This document shows, piece by piece, positions 28,913 to 39,291 of a stretch of DNA of 64,000 bases. The notes beneath the pieces were generated by a model. The model worked only from the letters and a program-made list of their open reading frames with translations, was not told where the DNA came from and did not search any database. This DNA comes from Caulobacter sp. (GTDB lineage Bacteria; Pseudomonadota; Alphaproteobacteria; Caulobacterales; Caulobacteraceae). The DNA lies in contig JAGHZU010000003.1 of NCBI GenBank assembly GCA_017745235.1, forward strand, positions 190,465 through 254,464, read 5' to 3'. Numbering within the stretch: the stretch's first letter is position 1; every line of letters starts with the position of its first letter. Made by a program: the position numbers and the translations under genes.

Positions 28913-29529
28913 GCGTAGTCGAACGCGCTCGCCGCCGCGCTAGTCACTGCGGGAACATCGCCATCACGAAGCGCTTCAACGGGTGGCTTTCCGCCGGTCA
29001 TACGATTGGGAGCGACCAACCACTCCCAGGCCTCTTCATCCGATGTGAAAAAGGCGGCGACAACATCGAGCCCGTCAACTGGCCTGCGTCGCTCGAACTG
29101 CCGCAGTGGATAGACAAAATTTCGAAGGCCTTTGCGGAGAGCGATGATCTTTTTCGCCTTGCGCCAATTATCAAGCGTGCCGCGCGAAATGCTCAGCTGT
29201 TCCACCAGTTCGCCCGCTCCAACGAGTTCGCTCTCGATCCAATCGGCCGATTCATCATCAACCGTGATCGCATCCAGCAACCTTCCTCCCTCGGCCGCCG
29301 AGACGACGGGCCCAACGCCGCTGCCCTGGAGAATTTTGCTCTCGCGCGCCGGAGTCCGGACGAACGGCTTTCGCTCGCGCCCGCTAAGCGCCTTGGCTGC
29401 TGCGGGCACAGGCACTTTTAAGGTGCTGGCAAGTTCGATCAAGCCGGCCATATCCATGCGCTCGACCTTGCTTTCAATCGCCCTCGTCAATGCGACGCGA
29501 CCAGGGTGGGCCTGCTTTGCGGTGCTCAT
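28909..29529 (-). CDS. Xre/MbcA/ParS-like antitoxin
   Basis: HTH (ISRGTLDNWRK) plus C-terminal AWEWLVAPNRMTGGKPPVEAL motif. Confidence 0.85.
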   Translation of the reverse strand: MSTAKQAHPGRVALTRAIESKVERMDMAGLIELASTLKVPVPAAAKALSGRERKPFVRTPARESKILQGSGVGPVVSAAEGGRLLDAITVDDESADWIESELVGAGELVEQLSISRGTLDNWRKAKKIIALRKGLRNFVYPLRQFERRRPVDGLDVVAAFFTSDEEAWEWLVAPNRMTGGKPPVEALRDGDVPAVTSAAASAFDYA

Positions 29530-29677
29530 GACTCATCCTCCACTTGGCAGAATAGGCAACTTAGGCAGAATATACAATAACTAGAATATCCTGCTTGGGA
29601 TCCGGGCGAGGCGACGGGCCGCACCCAAGGGGCTCGACCATAAGAAGTCCGCAGCCAACTTCATCGTCCCGGCAGAG

Positions 29678-31408
29678 CTATATGCCGTCGAGGTCCAGTT
29701 GCGTCAGCCGATCATAACCAGACCATTCGCCGTGCTCGAAAGATGGCGAGCCTATCGGCCAGCCCGCGGTCTGCCATAGACGATCAAAGCCGTCCTGGAG
29801 CGGTCCGGCGAGCTTGTCGCGTAAGTTTGGGATCTGGATTGTCGGCAAGCCTAGATCCGGCAAAAGCATCCTTCGCGGGGCGGCCAGATCACCTTGCCGC
29901 AGCGCCACCTCATGCATGCCATTGAACGACACCTGGACCAAGGCTGGGCCATCGAAGCCAAGATCCAAGGCGATGGCGGCCATCCGCTCGAGGTTCGTGA
30001 CCGCAAGCTGCTCGAGGGCGAGCCCGTCGATGTCTATTGCGGCGTCGGCCTGTGTTTGTCGGCCAATCCGCGCTTGAAACTCCAGGTCGCCAGGCCGAAC
30101 GAGCCGCATACGCCATGGCGTCTCGGGGCTGTGCAAGGGTTGAGGGCGAACCCTCGGCCCACAACTCCACCACTGGCGGCCGTCGACACCCGTCTCGACC
30201 GCCTGGGTCGTCGGCGGCGCAAACTTAGCCTGGACCTTGACGATCCGTTTGGGATCGAGACGGGTGTGATCTCGGGCCGCCAGGGGCGCCAACCGGACGG
30301 TCAGGCGCGGCGTCTGAACGATTTCAGGCAGCGCGCCACGGTGAGGATCCGCCGCCATCTCATAGAGAGCGTTGGCCGCTTCCTGTACCCGAGGATCTGG
30401 CTCGACCTCCTTGAGCGCGTCGTCGAGGGCAACCCGAAGTCTGGCTGAGGCCAGGCGTTCAAAGGCGTCCAAGGCGTCGGCAAGTTCCGTCGAACGCAGA
30501 TTGAGCCGTTTGATCGCATCAAGGGTGGAACGTTGCAGCCCCAGCTGAACATCTTGGTCCGTCCTTGGCCAGGCCATCTCGGTGTTGCGATCCATCGCGT
30601 GGGTTCGTTCTAGCAGCAGCTCTTCGAAGGCACCTGCCTTCGCGCGCATGGCGCTGAATGCGGCTTGCACTTCAGGATCATGAAACTCGTACCTCGCTCC
30701 CGACCAGGTCGCCGTCATTTCGAACAGCGGCTCCACCGTTGCGCGCCGATAGGGCTCTCCGAAATTGTGTGTGCGCAGAAGGTCCCGAAGACCGTCCGGG
30801 AACTGGCGATGCGCGCGTCCCAGTAGACCGACGTCGTGCGGATGGGGTTCTACAGGCGCCGCCGGCTTCAGCTGCGCGTGAACCTCGGGATCGTCCAGGA
30901 CTAGCCGGATCGCCTTGGCCAAATCTCGAGTGAGCCCGTCTTTTGCCGTCCGGCGCTGTTCCGCGGTGGCGTCGTGTGGGCAATCAAAGAAGATCGGCCC
31001 CTTGGCATGGCGAAGATCGAACGGCAGCTCGTGCGTTTTTGGATGCCCCATGGCTGTGTTCATCACCGAGATCACGCGACGCCAGGTTAGGGATTTGAGC
31101 GCCCAACCGTGCTCAATGCTGACATTGGGGTTGGGGGTGCCGCCGCCACCCGGCCGAAAGCCGACATAGGTCATGTCCGAAACGAACAGAAGCGCACCGT
31201 CGATCTTACGAAAGATCGTCTCGACGATAGGCGGCGACCCGCCAATGCCTTGGGTATCGCTGTCGACGGCGATTTCCCGATGAGCCGCATCGATCGCTGC
31301 ATCGGCCTTGAGTTTCGCGATCGCGTCCCCCAGCGCCTGGTGGATCAAGAACCGACCAATGGCTCCTCGTGTGTCGCTCTGCCACGAAAAGAAGATCTGG
31401 TGGGGCAT
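29678..31408 (-). CDS. TIR-like/nucleoside-deoxyribosyltransferase-fold domain protein with long unknown C-terminus
   Basis: IFFSWQSD...GSPPIVETIFRKID...FVSDMT...NPNVSIEHGWA...LPFDLRH; start placed at ATG 31408. Confidence 0.72.
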   Translation of the reverse strand: MPHQIFFSWQSDTRGAIGRFLIHQALGDAIAKLKADAAIDAAHREIAVDSDTQGIGGSPPIVETIFRKIDGALLFVSDMTYVGFRPGGGGTPNPNVSIEHGWALKSLTWRRVISVMNTAMGHPKTHELPFDLRHAKGPIFFDCPHDATAEQRRTAKDGLTRDLAKAIRLVLDDPEVHAQLKPAAPVEPHPHDVGLLGRAHRQFPDGLRDLLRTHNFGEPYRRATVEPLFEMTATWSGARYEFHDPEVQAAFSAMRAKAGAFEELLLERTHAMDRNTEMAWPRTDQDVQLGLQRSTLDAIKRLNLRSTELADALDAFERLASARLRVALDDALKEVEPDPRVQEAANALYEMAADPHRGALPEIVQTPRLTVRLAPLAARDHTRLDPKRIVKVQAKFAPPTTQAVETGVDGRQWWSCGPRVRPQPLHSPETPWRMRLVRPGDLEFQARIGRQTQADAAIDIDGLALEQLAVTNLERMAAIALDLGFDGPALVQVSFNGMHEVALRQGDLAAPRRMLLPDLGLPTIQIPNLRDKLAGPLQDGFDRLWQTAGWPIGSPSFEHGEWSGYDRLTQLDLDGI

Positions 31409-31492
31409 CGTCGCCTTCGAAACTCGGACCGCCACCGTGCAAACCGCCGCCCACCATTGCAAGTCATGAGCGCCTCGATCAACGCCTTTAGA

Positions 31493-31717
31493 TCAGCCGG
31501 CGCCGCGCTTGCGACCGCGCGTGAAGCCGCGATCGCTTTCCATGAAGCGCCCAACCATCGGCACGATCAGCTTTCCCGGCTCGGCGACCTTGGAATTGGT
31601 CTCGGCCGCCAGTTGCTTGCCGTATTCGATCAGATCGCGGTGCATGGCCGCCGGCAATTCCACCGTGATCTTCACGGGCGTGTCGTCTTCGATAGGACCC
31701 AGTTTCAGCTTGCTCAT
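31493..31717 (-). CDS. DUF2274 family protein
   Basis: MSKLKLGPIEDDTPVKITVELPA...RFMESDRGF, in its usual position after trbI. Confidence 0.85.
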   Translation of the reverse strand: MSKLKLGPIEDDTPVKITVELPAAMHRDLIEYGKQLAAETNSKVAEPGKLIVPMVGRFMESDRGFTRGRKRGAG

Positions 31718-32880
31718 CGGCGGCTCTCCGCGGCGTAGGGTTCAAGGACAAGATCGCGCGTCAGCAGCACACGCAGCGGCGCGCCGGGGCGAATGGTCAG
31801 GGTTGGGGTCAAAGACAGGCCGCGCCCGACGATCTGCTGGCCAACGTCGCTGGCCGTTTGGCTCGCGCCGCGTCGCACCGCGCGGCTCAGATCGTCGTCA
31901 CCCGAGGAGCCGGCCTCGGCCCCGACCGCCAGCACCGTGCTGAGACCGGCCGCGGCCCAGACGCGGCTCCAGTGGCGATCGACACCATCCTTGAGACCTG
32001 CCTGGCCCTGCGGATCGGCGGCCGGAAGTTTGTCCAGCACGATCGAGCGCCCCGACGGCAGGATCAGTCGTGTCCAAGCCACCCCCAACCGGCTCTGGCC
32101 GTCGACTGTCGCGGTCGCATACTCGCCGATCAGCCGGGCTCCGGCCGGGATGAGCAGAAAGCCTCCGCTCAGACTGTCATGAACGTCTTGGGTTACCTGC
32201 GCTATGGCCACGCCCGTCGCGTCCGATCGAAGACCGGTCACCAGGGCTGCGGGAATGATCGACCCGGCCTGCAGCAGGTAAGGCGAGGCCGGCGACTGAA
32301 GCCGCTCGGGGCTGGTGAGACGCGCGTCCTCGACCAAGTCGCCATGCTCCGATGCGGCCGCTGCCGGAGCGGTCGTCGGAGCGCCAACGGGTCGCGATGT
32401 TTTCAGGAAGACATCGCTCTGCCGGGCGGCGACAAGTTCCGCGCGCCGCGCTTGCACGACAGGATCGATCGGCGCCGGCGGCTGGTCGAGAGAATGAACG
32501 GACGGGGCAGCCGAATCCGTGATCGATGCGCCCGACGTCTGGCCACCCTGGACCTGGGCGCTAAGGATCGGCCGGCCCAGATCCCCCGGAAGTGGAGGCC
32601 CGAGGATCGGCGGCGCGCCGCGCTGAAGGTAGTCCTTGGGCAGGGTGCTGATCTTTTCGGGCGGCGGCGGGCTCTGCGGCGCGGCCTCCTGCGGTATCTT
32701 CTTCGGGTGCTCGGTCAACGACCATCCGATGGCGCCGGCCAGCCCCGCCGACAACACCGCGCCCGCAACGATCAAGGCTTTGCGCGAGACCCGCGCGACG
32801 GGGGCCGGCGCGCCGCGCAGGCGAAGATCCTTGGCGATGGCCTGTTGTTCGCGTTCGATCGGCGACTGAGGCGCGCTCAT
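31714..32880 (-). CDS. trbI: TrbI/VirB10
   Basis: LLQAGSIIPAALVTG...AQVTQDV...LIGEY...LTIRPG. Confidence 0.92.
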   Translation of the reverse strand: MSAPQSPIEREQQAIAKDLRLRGAPAPVARVSRKALIVAGAVLSAGLAGAIGWSLTEHPKKIPQEAAPQSPPPPEKISTLPKDYLQRGAPPILGPPLPGDLGRPILSAQVQGGQTSGASITDSAAPSVHSLDQPPAPIDPVVQARRAELVAARQSDVFLKTSRPVGAPTTAPAAAASEHGDLVEDARLTSPERLQSPASPYLLQAGSIIPAALVTGLRSDATGVAIAQVTQDVHDSLSGGFLLIPAGARLIGEYATATVDGQSRLGVAWTRLILPSGRSIVLDKLPAADPQGQAGLKDGVDRHWSRVWAAAGLSTVLAVGAEAGSSGDDDLSRAVRRGASQTASDVGQQIVGRGLSLTPTLTIRPGAPLRVLLTRDLVLEPYAAESRR

Positions 32881-33671
32881 CGACGCACCTCCCCGCGCAT
32901 GGTCGTGCGCTCGATCCGGACGTGGCGCGCGGCTTTACCCACGCCGAGTCGCAATTCTGCCGCCTGGAAAAGGCGATCGACGACCAAGACACGGCCATCG
33001 ACGCGGTAGTTGACGAGTTCGGCGGCCTCGCCGTCAGCTCCTACGAGAAACAGCGGCGGCAAGTCCGAGAGCACCGCCGTCGGCGGGAATTCCAGATAGG
33101 TGCGTGCGCCGTCATCCCAGACCCGACTGGGCCTGAACGAACCTCGCCCGTGGAGCCGATAGGCCAGGTTCAGGCGCGGCGCCGGCGGGGTCGCCGCCGC
33201 CGCGGACGTCACCGGCGGATCGGGAGGCGTCGGCGCCAGGACCGTCACCGGCGCGGACAAAGGCGCGGGATAGCGCCAGCGCACCTGGGTCAGGAAGGCA
33301 CGGTTGGAGGCCCGAAGCTCCAGGAAGTAGGTTCGCCGCGTGGTGTTGATGACCAGGTTGGTCGCCAGATCCCCCGCCGTGGGCTTGACGAGAATATGGA
33401 CGCGCCGGGTCTCCCCTGCCCCGCTGATGGTGTCGCCGAAGATCCAGCGCGCGGTGTCGCCAGCCGCGATCGGATTGACCTCGACAAGGGTTTCGCCTGG
33501 CTCGAGCGCGATGTCGGTCAGTCGGCCTGGCGCGGCGACCAGCGGATAGACGCTGCGCTCCTCGAACGGAAACTCCACGGGAGCGGCAGCCAGCGGCGAT
33601 CGCGTCGCCGCAGCCTGAGCGCCTGGCCCCACGACCATTGCCGCCAGGAGTGTGCAAGCCAGCGACCTCAT
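32877..33671 (-). CDS. trbG: TrbG/VirB9
   Basis: TDIALEPGE, AGDTARW, NLVINTTRRTY, VWDDG and LVNYRV; start ATG 33671. Confidence 0.9.
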   Translation of the reverse strand: MRSLACTLLAAMVVGPGAQAAATRSPLAAAPVEFPFEERSVYPLVAAPGRLTDIALEPGETLVEVNPIAAGDTARWIFGDTISGAGETRRVHILVKPTAGDLATNLVINTTRRTYFLELRASNRAFLTQVRWRYPAPLSAPVTVLAPTPPDPPVTSAAAATPPAPRLNLAYRLHGRGSFRPSRVWDDGARTYLEFPPTAVLSDLPPLFLVGADGEAAELVNYRVDGRVLVVDRLFQAAELRLGVGKAARHVRIERTTMRGEVRR

Positions 33672-34354
33672 GCGCCGTACTCCCGCGACCAGTTGATCGC
33701 CTTGATCCGCACGCCCAGGCCGTTGGCCAAGACCTCCTTGTCGGTCTTGGGCTTGCGCAGTTCGACCGTCAGGATCGCGGCCCAGTGCTCTGTAGCCTGC
33801 AGTTGCCCGTTGGCGTAGCGTCGCTCGATCCAAGTCGTTCGGAAGCTGCTCGGCGAGGCGCGCAGCACGCTGGTGACTTCCACCGCGACCTGCAGCTTAC
33901 CGATCTGGCTCGTCAGCTGGACGGCCTCGGCATAGTCGGTGATGTAGCGGGCGGCATCGCCTTCGGCATAGGCATAGGCGCGATCCCAGGCCTTTCCGAC
34001 CACGACGGGATCGCTGGAGATCGAGCGGACGTCCTCGACAAAACGACCAAGCGCCGCGCGCACTTGAGCGTCGGTCGGTGCATAGCCCTTGTCAGCGGGG
34101 CCGACCGCCTGGATCTGCCCCTGCCGATCGACCTGAACGACCCACGGGGTGATAGTCCCCTGCGCGGAGAGCCAGGCCAGGGCCCCGGCCAATCCCCCGC
34201 TCAGGGTGAGAAGGCCCAAGGCCATCAGGCGCCAGTTGGCGGCCTGAACACGCACGGTGCCTTCTCGGTCGTCCCAGGCCTGGCCGGCGCGCTGGTAGGG
34301 GGTTTCGGGCGGGGGCGTCAGGCCGTAGCGTGGCGCGCCCTTGAACGGGTTCAT
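33668..34354 (-). CDS. trbF: TrbF/VirB8
   Basis: YGLTPPPETPYQRAGQAWDDREG...NWRL. Confidence 0.92.
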   Translation of the reverse strand: MNPFKGAPRYGLTPPPETPYQRAGQAWDDREGTVRVQAANWRLMALGLLTLSGGLAGALAWLSAQGTITPWVVQVDRQGQIQAVGPADKGYAPTDAQVRAALGRFVEDVRSISSDPVVVGKAWDRAYAYAEGDAARYITDYAEAVQLTSQIGKLQVAVEVTSVLRASPSSFRTTWIERRYANGQLQATEHWAAILTVELRKPKTDKEVLANGLGVRIKAINWSREYGA

Positions 34355-34360
34355 GGCTTA

Positions 34361-35662
34361 CTACTCCGAAAGTGAAGGGGATGCGCCGGCGCTGTGATCG
34401 TCGCCGCTGGCCAGGGCGTGGGCCGTCAGGCTCGCGCCATGCGCCAGCTGCTGGTGATGCTTCAGCTCACGAGCCCAGCGCGGCGCCGCGCTGGCCTGAA
34501 CGTCGGTCTCGGCCGCGCCATTCGCCGATGATCCTGTCTCCCCGCTCGGCGCCGTGGCGCCGCCGCCGCTCGCGCGCTTGGCTGTCTTCGGTTCAGGAGC
34601 GGCCTCGTCGTTGGCCGGAGAAGGCGTGGCGGCCGGCGCGGAAGGCGGACGCGAGGGCGGGACGGGGTCATTGGCCGGCGACGGCGGTGGGTTGCCGCCG
34701 CCATCGTTGCCGCCAGGCGGCGGGCGGCCGCCACCGGCCAAGGCAGCCTTCGCCGCCAAGCCAGCGCCAGTTCCCACAGCCATCTGAGTGACCGCCGCCC
34801 CGGCGACGGCGAGACCGCCGACAGTAAGGCCCGTGCCGACCGCCGCGCCCAAGCCTAGTTGCGGTGCGCCCGACATCAGGCCCGAGGCGATGCTGGGACA
34901 GAAGATCGACAGGCCGAGCAGAACGAGGCTGGCCAGCACCAAGGCGAGCACCTGCTCCAAGGTCGGCTGACCACCTTGCCAAGTCTGCACGAACTGATCG
35001 AACAGCGTCGAGCCGATGCCGACGACGACCGCCAGAGCCATCACCTTGACGCCGGTGGCGATCACCGCCCCCAGCACCCGCTCGGCCATGAAGGCGGTGC
35101 GGCCGAACAGGCCGAAGGGCACGAGGGCGAAGCCGATCAGGGTCGAGATCTTGAATTCGATCAGGACGACGAAGACTTGGACCGCCATCACGAAAAAGGC
35201 GACGATCACCAGCAGAAAGGCGACCAGCAGAACCAGGATCTGGACGAGGTTCTCGAACACGCCCGGCCAGCCCGCCAGCTCGCCGGCCGCTTCCAGCAAC
35301 GGCTTGCCGGCGGAGATGCCGAGCGCGGCCAGCTTGCCCGGTCGCAGGATGTCTTCGGCCGAGAGCCCAGAGCCAGCAGCCTTCAAGCCAAGCCCGGTGA
35401 AGCTCTCCAGCACGATGGTCGACAGCGTGTGGAAGTTGCCGATCAGGAAGGCGAAGAAACCGACATAGAGGACCTTGCGGATCAGGCGGGCCAGCACGTC
35501 CTCGCCGGCGGCCAGACTCCACATCAGGGCCGCCAGGGTCATGTCTATGGCGACCAGGATATTGGCCACCGCGCCGACGTCCCCGCCGAGCAAGCCAAAG
35601 CCGCTGTCGATGTAGCGATTGAAGGTGGCGAAGAAGGTGTCGATGACGCCGGTGTCGTTCAT
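34361..35662 (-). CDS. trbL: TrbL/VirB6
   Basis: MNDTGVIDTF...YIDSGFGLLGGDV, multi-pass membrane core, low-complexity tail. Confidence 0.92.
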   Translation of the reverse strand: MNDTGVIDTFFATFNRYIDSGFGLLGGDVGAVANILVAIDMTLAALMWSLAAGEDVLARLIRKVLYVGFFAFLIGNFHTLSTIVLESFTGLGLKAAGSGLSAEDILRPGKLAALGISAGKPLLEAAGELAGWPGVFENLVQILVLLVAFLLVIVAFFVMAVQVFVVLIEFKISTLIGFALVPFGLFGRTAFMAERVLGAVIATGVKVMALAVVVGIGSTLFDQFVQTWQGGQPTLEQVLALVLASLVLLGLSIFCPSIASGLMSGAPQLGLGAAVGTGLTVGGLAVAGAAVTQMAVGTGAGLAAKAALAGGGRPPPGGNDGGGNPPPSPANDPVPPSRPPSAPAATPSPANDEAAPEPKTAKRASGGGATAPSGETGSSANGAAETDVQASAAPRWARELKHHQQLAHGASLTAHALASGDDHSAGASPSLSE

Positions 35663-35892
35663 GACGCAGGCCTCCCGAAAAAGCGGGCGCGCGCCGCGCG
35701 CCAGGTCTCCAGGCAGGCCGGATCACGGCCCGCCGCCTCCCCGGCCGCGCGACACTTGGCCAGCGCGGGATCAACGCGGGCGACCGCGGACGCGGCGGGC
35801 TTCTGCGGCGCGATCTTGGCGGCGCGGACCGCGAGGAAGCCGGCGGCCAGAACCATCCAGGCAGCCAGACTCCAGACGAGCGCCCGCCTCAC
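35659..35892 (-). CDS. trbK: TrbK-Alt putative entry-exclusion protein
   Basis: C..AGEAA..DPAC...W...RARFFG between trbJ and trbL. Confidence 0.8.
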   Translation of the reverse strand: MRRALVWSLAAWMVLAAGFLAVRAAKIAPQKPAASAVARVDPALAKCRAAGEAAGRDPACLETWRAARARFFGRPAS

Positions 35893-36587
35893 GGGTTTCG
35901 CCCCATGAACTTGGAGAACCGAGCCTTAGCGTCGGCCCGCGCGGCGGCGCGATCAGCGGCTTCAAGAGCATCGGCCCGCCCCTGGGCGGCGACCAGCGCG
36001 GTCAGCTGGGCCAGCTGCTGGGCCTGTAGCGCCAACAGCTGATTGCCGGCCTGGGCCGCCTGCAAGGCGCCGCTGGCGCCCTGGCTAGCGCTCACCAGGG
36101 CGCTCATCTCGCTGGTGTTGGCGTCCATGCCGCCGATCACGCCGGCCTGGACCTTCAGAGCGTCCTCAAACCCGGCGACCGAAGTGGCCCAACGCGCGTC
36201 GGCTCGCGCCACGAGGTCGGCATTGGTAGCCGAAAGGCTGGCCGCCTCATAGTTCTGGGTGAAGGCCTGCTGGATCGCCGAGACGTCGTAAGCCAGCCGT
36301 TGGGCCTGACCGAGCAGCGTCTTGGTGCGCGCGACTTGGGCCTGGAGACTGGCCAGGGACGAGTACGGCAGGCTGGCCAGGTTCTTGGCCTGGCCAATCA
36401 GCATCTGAGCTTCGTTCTGCAGCGAGCTGATCTGGTTGTTGATCTGCTGCAGGGCATGAGCGGCCTGCGCGACATTCTGGACGTAGTTGGCGGGGTCGTA
36501 GACCGTGAACTGAGCCAGCACCGGCCCGGCCGGAACGGCCAGAGCGAGCGCCAAGGCCAGCACGACGCGACGTCGGCGAGCGATCAT
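35889..36587 (-). CDS. trbJ: TrbJ/VirB5
   Basis: VYDPANYVQN...QQINNQI...GALQAAQAGNQLLAL; start ATG 36587. Confidence 0.9.
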   Translation of the reverse strand: MIARRRRVVLALALALAVPAGPVLAQFTVYDPANYVQNVAQAAHALQQINNQISSLQNEAQMLIGQAKNLASLPYSSLASLQAQVARTKTLLGQAQRLAYDVSAIQQAFTQNYEAASLSATNADLVARADARWATSVAGFEDALKVQAGVIGGMDANTSEMSALVSASQGASGALQAAQAGNQLLALQAQQLAQLTALVAAQGRADALEAADRAAARADAKARFSKFMGRNP

Positions 36588-39022
36588 TGATCCATCTCCG
36601 GAAGGGTTAGGTTGGGAAGAAGGTCGGCGGCCCAAGACAGGCCCCGGGCGCGGAGCCATTCGGCCGCGAACGCCTCCCGGGGCGCCGTCGCCAGGATCAT
36701 CGCCATGGCGACCTGGTCGCCCTTCGACGAGCTGCCCGCGAAGGCCATGCCCACGGGGCCCAGGCCCAGCTCGAACAATCGCTCGCCAGCGCGCGACTGG
36801 ACGTAGTAGTCGCGCTTGGGCGTGGCCCGAGCGATCAGCTCGATCTGACGGTCGTTGAATCCGAAGCGCCGGTAGGCGGCCGAGCCCACCGGGTCCAGCG
36901 CCCAAGGGTTGGGCAGGAAGATGCGCGTCAGACAGAGCTCGATGATCGCGGGGGCGACTTTGCTTTGTTCGATTTGAACCAACGACAGGGTCGTCAAGAC
37001 GACCGAGCCGTTCTTCTTGCGGACCGTGCCCAGCCAGGTCTGCAGCTGAGCGCCGAAGTCCGGATCGTCGAGCGCCAGCCAGCCCTCGTCGATCAGGATC
37101 AGCGTCGGGGCGCCGTCCAGCCGGCGTTCGATCCGGTGGAAGAGGTAGGCCAGGACAGCGGGCGCGGCGGGCGTTCCCAGCAGGCCTTCGGTTTCGAACG
37201 CCTCGACCGCGTGATCGCCGAGCGTCTCACGATCGGCGTCGAGCAGCCGGCCCCAAGGGCCGCCCAGGCAGTACGGCGCCAGCGCCCGCTTCAGATCGAT
37301 GCTGGCTAACAAGGCCGACAGACCTGTCAGGGTCCGCTGTTCGACCGGCGCGCCGGCGAGGCTGGCCAGGGCCGACCAGAGGTGTTCGCGTACGGCCGGC
37401 GTGATCGCCACGCCTTCCCGTCCCAGGATCGCGGCGATCCAGCCCGCCGCCCAGACCCGCTCGGCGTCGTCGTCGATCCGGGCAAGGGGCTGAAGTTCGA
37501 CGGCCGGCCGATCGGCGTCGCGCAGCACCCCGCCCAGGTCGTGGAAATCACCGCCCATGCCCAGGGCCGCGGCCCGGATCGAAGCGCCGAAGTCGAAGGC
37601 GAAGATCCGCGCGCCGCGATAGCGCCGAAACTGCAGCGCCATCATCGCCAGCAGGGTGGACTTGCCCGCCCCCGTCGGCCCGACGATCAGCGTGTGACCG
37701 ACGTCGCCGACATGCAGCGACAGCCGAAAGGGCGTCGAGCCCTCGGTCCTGGCCATGAGGAGTGGCGGACCGCCCAGATGGGCGTTGCGCTCGGGACCGG
37801 CCCATACCGCCGACAGCGGCACCATGTGAGCCAGATTGAGGGTCGAGAGCGGCGGCTGACGAACATTGGCGTAGGCGTGGCCTGGCACGGTCCCCAGCCA
37901 CGCCTCGACGGCCCCGACCCGCTCGCGGATCACCGTGAAGTCGCGACCGGTGATGATCTTTTCGGCTTGGGCGAGTTTGGCCTCAGCGCGGAGGGGATCC
38001 TCGTCCCAAACCACGACATTGGCCGTGACATAGGCGTAGGCGACGGCGTCTTCGCCCAGGTCCTGGAGGGCCAAGTCGGCGTCGGCGGCCTTGTTGGACG
38101 CGTCATTGTCCACCAGCGCCGCCGGCTGCTGGGTGAGCGCCTCCTGCAACAGGGCGGCGACCGACTTTCGCTTGGCGAACCATTGGCGGCGGATCTTGGT
38201 CAGCAGGCCTTGGGCCTGGACCTTGTCCAGGAAGATGGCGCGGCTGGTCCAGCGATAGGAAAAGGCCAGACGATTGAGATCGTCGAGCAGCCCCGGAACC
38301 GTCGAGCCTGGAAAGCCAACGATGGTCAGGACGCGAAGATGCGCCTCACCCAGACGCGGCTCCAGACCACCATCGAGCGCCTGCGTCGCCAGCAAGGCGT
38401 CGAGGTACATCGGGGTTTGGGGAACGCCGACAGCCTGGCGGCGTGTGCAAATCGCGCCGTGCAAGAACGTCAGGGTGGCCGCGTCGTCCAACCACTGCGC
38501 CTGGGGCATCAGACCTTCGACGAGCGCCAGCACGCGGCCGGTGCGCTCGACAAAGCCCGCTAGCTCGGCGCGCCAATCGAGCCCACCTTCGGCGCGACCT
38601 TCGATGAACAGACCGCCGAGCGTGCCGGTCCGTTCGGGCGGCGGCAGATAGAGAAGCGTCAGGTAGTAGCGGCTCTCGAAGTGCGCGCCCTGCTCCAGGA
38701 AGGCGGCGCGCCGTTCATGATCCACGAGGGCGGAAACGGGATCGGGGAAGTCGCTGTCGGGGTAGGCCAAGGCCGGGTCGCGGCGCGCCTCGACAAACAT
38801 CGCCCAGCCCGAGCCGAGCCGGCGCAGAACGTTGTTGACCCTGGCCGCCACGGCGGCGACCTCGCCGTCCGAGATTGAATCCAGATCTGGGCCGCGGAAA
38901 GCGGCGGTCCGCTGGAACGAGCCGTCCTTGTTGAGCACCACGCCGGGCGCGACAAGCGCGGCCCAGGGCAGATAGTCGGCCAAGCCCGAGGGCCGCCGCG
39001 CATATTCGCGAAGGTCGAGCAT
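36584..39022 (-). CDS. trbE: TrbE/VirB4 ATPase
   Basis: LADYLPWA, GPTGAGKST and LIDEGW. Confidence 0.95.
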   Translation of the reverse strand: MLDLREYARRPSGLADYLPWAALVAPGVVLNKDGSFQRTAAFRGPDLDSISDGEVAAVAARVNNVLRRLGSGWAMFVEARRDPALAYPDSDFPDPVSALVDHERRAAFLEQGAHFESRYYLTLLYLPPPERTGTLGGLFIEGRAEGGLDWRAELAGFVERTGRVLALVEGLMPQAQWLDDAATLTFLHGAICTRRQAVGVPQTPMYLDALLATQALDGGLEPRLGEAHLRVLTIVGFPGSTVPGLLDDLNRLAFSYRWTSRAIFLDKVQAQGLLTKIRRQWFAKRKSVAALLQEALTQQPAALVDNDASNKAADADLALQDLGEDAVAYAYVTANVVVWDEDPLRAEAKLAQAEKIITGRDFTVIRERVGAVEAWLGTVPGHAYANVRQPPLSTLNLAHMVPLSAVWAGPERNAHLGGPPLLMARTEGSTPFRLSLHVGDVGHTLIVGPTGAGKSTLLAMMALQFRRYRGARIFAFDFGASIRAAALGMGGDFHDLGGVLRDADRPAVELQPLARIDDDAERVWAAGWIAAILGREGVAITPAVREHLWSALASLAGAPVEQRTLTGLSALLASIDLKRALAPYCLGGPWGRLLDADRETLGDHAVEAFETEGLLGTPAAPAVLAYLFHRIERRLDGAPTLILIDEGWLALDDPDFGAQLQTWLGTVRKKNGSVVLTTLSLVQIEQSKVAPAIIELCLTRIFLPNPWALDPVGSAAYRRFGFNDRQIELIARATPKRDYYVQSRAGERLFELGLGPVGMAFAGSSSKGDQVAMAMILATAPREAFAAEWLRARGLSWAADLLPNLTLPEMDQ

Positions 39023-39024
39023 GC

Positions 39025-39291
39025 TCAGACCTCCAGCCGGGCGGGGATGCGGACGTGCCGCCGGCCGACCTCGAAAATCAGGGGGTCATGGCGCGCGGCC
39101 CAGACGGCCAGGCCGTGACCGATCGCCCAGAGAGCCAGGCCAACGAGCCAGAGCTGGAGCCCGACGCCGAGGGCCGCAGCCAGGGTGCCGTTGACCAAGG
39201 CGATCGCGCGCGGCGCGCCGGCCAGCAGCACCGGTTCAGTGAGCGCCCGATGGACGGGCGCGGCGAAGGTCCACGTGCGATCGCCGGCCAT
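39025..39291 (-). CDS. trbD: TrbD/VirB3
   Basis: PVHRALTEPVLLAGAPR...WAARHDP. Confidence 0.9.
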   Translation of the reverse strand: MAGDRTWTFAAPVHRALTEPVLLAGAPRAIALVNGTLAAALGVGLQLWLVGLALWAIGHGLAVWAARHDPLIFEVGRRHVRIPARLEV

